From contig NC_068986.1 in the NCBI RefSeq assembly GCF_001194135.2, positions 41,627,083-41,659,815 on the forward strand: a stretch of DNA of 32,733 nt. The letters run 5' to 3'. Shown here piece by piece: positions 1 to 32,733 of this stretch (its first letter is position 1; the number at the start of each line of letters is the position of its first letter). The notes under the pieces are model-generated. The model was not told the DNA's origin. It saw nothing but the letters and a program-made list of their open reading frames with translations, and made no database searches. The DNA is from Octopus bimaculoides (lineage: Eukaryota). The translations under genes were made by a program, and so were the position numbers.

Positions 1-422
1 CGTAATACGGGTGACTAGGCTATAGCCGACACTGCCAGATATTTTGAGCATCTCTGCAGTGATTCCTGATGGGCCGGGGGCTTTCCCTGTCTTCATACTC
101 TTAATTGCTTTATCTACCATGGTACTGTCAACTCGGATAGCTGGTCCCTCTGTTGGGTCGACATACGGCAGGCTCTCTTCCTCCCATTCATTCTCTTTAT
201 TAAGCAATCTATCGTAGTGGTATCTCCAGACCTCTTTCTTTGCAGCCTCATTTAGAGCAAGCGTACCATCATCCATGCGAACACATTTCTCTCCTACTAC
301 ATCACTATTCTCTCTCCTACACTGTCTTGCGACACGAAATACCTCAAGTATTTGGTCCTCATGGCACAGAACATTGGCAAATCTTTTCATATTTGCCTCC
401 CCTCTGGCTAAATAAACCTGTC

Positions 423-423
<1 letters not shown>
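1..423 (-). mobile_element. RTE-type LINE fragment (linker and start of RT), 5' truncated, runs off the window edge
   Basis: The minus-strand frame reads RQVYLARGEA...WRYHYDRLLNKENEWEEESLP...MKTGKAPGPSGITAEMLK without a stop; homologous to 4418-4830 (+). Confidence 0.9.

Positions 424-468
<45 letters not shown>
423..468. repeat. (TA)n(CA)n microsatellite
   Basis: Read directly. Confidence 0.98.
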
Positions 469-502
469 TACGCACACATCTAAGTATGTGTGTACGTGTT
501 GT

Positions 503-744
503 CATTATCCTCAGCGTCATTGTTTTAATGTCCACTTTTCCGTGCTTGTGTGGATCAGACAGAATTTGTTGAAGCAGATTTTCTACAGCCAGATACCCTT
601 CTTATCACCAACCCATACCTATCTCCAGACAAGGCCACATTTACTATGGCTAGGCATGTTTTTCAGGGAAGACTGAAAGTGAACAGCATTGCTTGTATAA
701 TAAGGTTACTCCTGTACAACCATCACATGATGTCAAGACACAGG
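503..744 (-). mobile_element. SINE 3' half with RTE-type tail
   Basis: Reverse complement ends gaagggtatctggctgtagaaaatctg...cacaagcacggaaaagtggacattaaaac, matching the LINE tail at 6600-6740. Confidence 0.75.
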
Positions 745-778
745 TACATGCACGCATGGTGTGTGCATGTAAATGAGT

Positions 779-953
779 ATCAGTGTCATACAAGAGATAT
801 CATTCATATCTACTATTCTGTGGAAACATGTCTGGCCATGGAGAGATATTACTCGCTTGGAAATAGTTAAGGGTAGGTGACAGAAAGGGCATCCACCCAA
901 AGAAGATCTGACCCATACAAGCATGGAAAATGCATGCTGAAATGATGATGATG
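779..953 (+). mobile_element. SINE 3' half with RTE-type tail, same family as 503-744, opposite strand
   Basis: aaacatgtctggccatgg...gaaagggcatcc...acccatacaagcatggaaaa...(atg)n. Confidence 0.75.
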
Positions 954-1159
954 CAAGAACAATAATTGCCAGTTTCACTTTATCACAAAATATGTTCAGT
1001 ACAAAGTCTTGTGTATGTATATATGTATGTGTGTCTGTATGTATTTTAAAATGTATATTTGTGTATGCAGCAAAGAATATGCGACATAGGCTTTTATATA
1101 TAGAGAAATATTGTAGTTAACTGATTACTGGTGTGATTGTTTTTCTTTTGTTCTTCTAG

Positions 1160-30545
<29,386 letters not shown>

Positions 30546-30772
30546 GTAAGTTAAAAATTTGATTGATTTATTGATTGAATGCAGTTAGCTTCTAACTCAA
30601 GTTATGAACTATGAAGTTAGGCTACTCAGAAATGACTGCTACAGTCAGTGTTATATTTTTGTTTATATTCCTAAAGATAAGCATTACTTCCGCTTTAAGA
30701 TACAGCTTTGCAGTTTTATAGAATTTTACTTTAAAATAAATAAATGAATACATTCTGTGTGGTGCATTCCCA

Positions 30773-31586
30773 TATCATTTGGTTTGGGTTTAAAAATTCA
30801 AAGTGGACTAAACCTTTCATATCCCACCAAACAGATAACACCTTACGTGGGTGAAAACCTTCTTTTGCCAGGGATGCCAGTGTTTCTCATTTGCCTATGC
30901 ATTGTCTTCGGTGCTTGACATTTTTATAGAGAACCCATTTCTCATCACCAGTCATTATTCAGTCCAAAAAGGTTCATTCATGAGATGTGATAGCAAAGAA
31001 AAGCACACATTCACTCTCTGCTCACGATTAGACTTGGAAAGTATGTGAGGAATCCATTGACCCAATTTGCTGACTTTTCTGGTGGCATGCAGGTGTTGAT
31101 GAATGATTGAATGACCAAATCCAAGCTTCTCTGTTAGTTTCTCGACAGTTACAATGGGATTTTGTTCCATCAGTGTTTGCAGGACATCCTTGTTGAGCCC
31201 TATAGATCTTCCAAGATGAGACGTGTCTTCTAGGCTGTGGTATCCGGCTCGGAATTTCTGGAACCACCATTGACACTGGCTTACGCTTATTGCTCGATCC
31301 CCATATATTGCATTAATATTCCTTGCACTTTCCGTTGCGTTGTTGCCTTTATTGAACTCATAAAGCAAAATATGTCGAATATGCTCCTTTGTCACTTCCA
31401 TTATAGCTTTGAAAAAATAACTGTTAAAATCGAACTGCACTCTTCAAAACTTTCACTAAGAATAAGTACAAAGTAAAATTACTACCTGCTTTTATAGCAA
31501 GTTGAATCAGGTAGTTTATCCCATACCACTTTGACTTTCTGTTCATGCAAATGAAAAAAACGCATTAATTATGAGATGACTCAATA
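30773..31586 (-). mobile_element. Truncated mariner (Tc1/mariner) transposon: 5' TIR plus N-terminal half of transposase
   Basis: ORF from ATG 31401 reads MEVTKEHIRHILLYEFNKG..WFQKFRAG..GQWIPHIL. After a frameshift: IMTGDEKWVLY..FHPRKVLSVWWDMKG. TIR-like TA-ttgagtcatctcataattaatgcgttttt (reverse complement of 31555-31586) resembles Hsmar1-type TIRs. Confidence 0.9.
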
Positions 31587-32269
31587 TAATTCTACTGGCT
31601 CAACATTCCCTACTTTGCTTTCTGAACCTGGTACAGTTATTTGCACCGTTGTGCATCTAACTGAAAATTCAAGTTGCTAATGAAACCTGTAGAATCTCTT
31701 GAGGTTTATCCAAGTTACAAAAATTATTACTTATCCAGCTCAGGATAAATAGTGAGAGGATTTGATAAGAGCTACGGTTATCTCCCTTACGTCTTGCAAC
31801 GCTACAAAATCCTATTGGTGATTAAAAAGATAGCTACTTTTATCATTGAACTGTGGCCATTGTTGGGTACCACCCTCAAAAGTTTAGTTGAGCAAATCAA
31901 CTGTAGTATTTATTTTTTAAAGTCTGGTACTTATATGTTCGATCTCTGGCTAAACATTTCTCCATAGTGCCACACCATGTCAGAACACAAATGTCATGTG
32001 ATTTTAAACCTGACTTCTGAAGCATAGTCATGCTTGCATGCTTATTTACCAAAAGTATCTTTTGAGAACTTTAGGAACTTAAGAGCATTCAATCATTATA
32101 CCACCAGTTTACTCAATACTGTGTAACAAAATTTTAATTATTGTTGTTATTTTCCTTTGGTCAGTAAGTATTATTTCCTATTTGGTTCTATTCCCTTCAA
32201 ACTTTGCTTTTGTGACCTGGACATCAATGTTTTGAAACTGACCTGTTTTCCATTACGGTTCACACAGGT

Positions 32270-32440
32270 TCAGTACCGAGTTGCTGAAGCAGAAATATCG
32301 TTATAGTAAATATTCTGCTCGATACCACAGATTTATTTGTCAGCTGCTTGACCATAACCACTTGAGCATGTCTCTTAGTGGCTGACAATATGTGCATTTC
32401 TGATGATGAGCAATAGTAGTGAGGAATATCATAGCCATAT
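32270..32440 (-). repeat. Unclassified interspersed repeat (probably SINE body)
   Basis: Resembles from memory an abundant octopus repeat (gatgcacatattgtcagccactaagagacatgctcaagtggttatggtcaagca); no second copy in the window. Confidence 0.35.
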
Positions 32441-32494
32441 GTTGAGAAAGATTTCTTTGGGGTTTGAATAAATGTAACAAAAGCAAATTTTGTT

Positions 32495-32733
32495 ACACAG
32501 AGACAACTGATGAAGGGGTATACTCTTTATGTTGTGTGTCTCGTTTCTCTGTTTTTTTTTTTGCTGTTTGCAAAGAAGTTTGTTTTCTATGTTTTGTTTT
32601 TGTTTTCGTTTCTCATTGTGTTCAACGTTTTTTTGATGTCCTGTACCCATATATGCATGTATATATACATATATATGTAGGCATGTACATATATGTATGG
32701 AAATATGCATATATTTATATATTATTTATATTA
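32495..32733 (-). repeat. Unclassified repeat end plus (TA/CA)-rich low-complexity tract
   Basis: gggtacaggacatcaaaaaaacgttgaacacaatgag next to an atatatgcatgtatatatac tract; family recalled, not verifiable here. Confidence 0.35.

Noticed and set aside
30750-30775. Second mariner TIR (ggtgcattcccata)
   Set aside because: The similarity to the 31555-31586 TIR is too short and weak to call.
30546-32733. CUL1 pseudogene or truncation because the AAIVRIMK/neddylation exons are absent
   Set aside because: Exon K ends in a perfect donor and all exons are intact. Introns here reach 7.5 kb, so the remaining exons most likely lie beyond the window.

Overview
This is eukaryotic, AT-rich, repeat-dense DNA. 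The window lies inside one spliced + strand gene, cullin-1 (CUL1, the SCF E3 ligase scaffold). I traced 11 consecutive coding exons between 1160 and 30545, all with AG/GT boundaries and matching phases: 1178 nt, i.e. a partial Asp codon plus 392 full codons, from DLGRMY to EEDRKLLIQ. The N-terminal exons and the C-terminal exons carrying the neddylation site lie outside the window. The introns hold: (1) a nearly full-length decayed RTE-type LINE (3335-6740, +), two further coding copies and an internally deleted derivative; (2) about 13 elements ending in the same stem-loop plus (TGA)n RTE tail; (3) three tRNA-derived SINE families; (4) TTAA-flanked piggyBac-like MITEs and a hAT-like MITE; (5) a truncated mariner; (6) two LTR-like CpG-rich inserts; (7) tandem duplications, microsatellites and a 130-N gap. 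The repeat landscape resembles what I recall from Octopus genomes; that taxon is inferred, not proven. The most notable observations are a ~680-bp whole-element palindrome nested in a SINE's (TA)n tract, a PHD-like C4HC3 finger inside the LINE reverse transcriptase in two diverged copies, a 1-kb TG..CA insert with antisense CCAAT/TATA/AATAAA layout, and antiparallel repeats bracketing an in-frame 489-nt exon block (circRNA candidate). I found no evidence of a new multi-gene system. Identity values are by-eye estimates, and repeat boundaries are approximate unless TSD/TIR positions are given.
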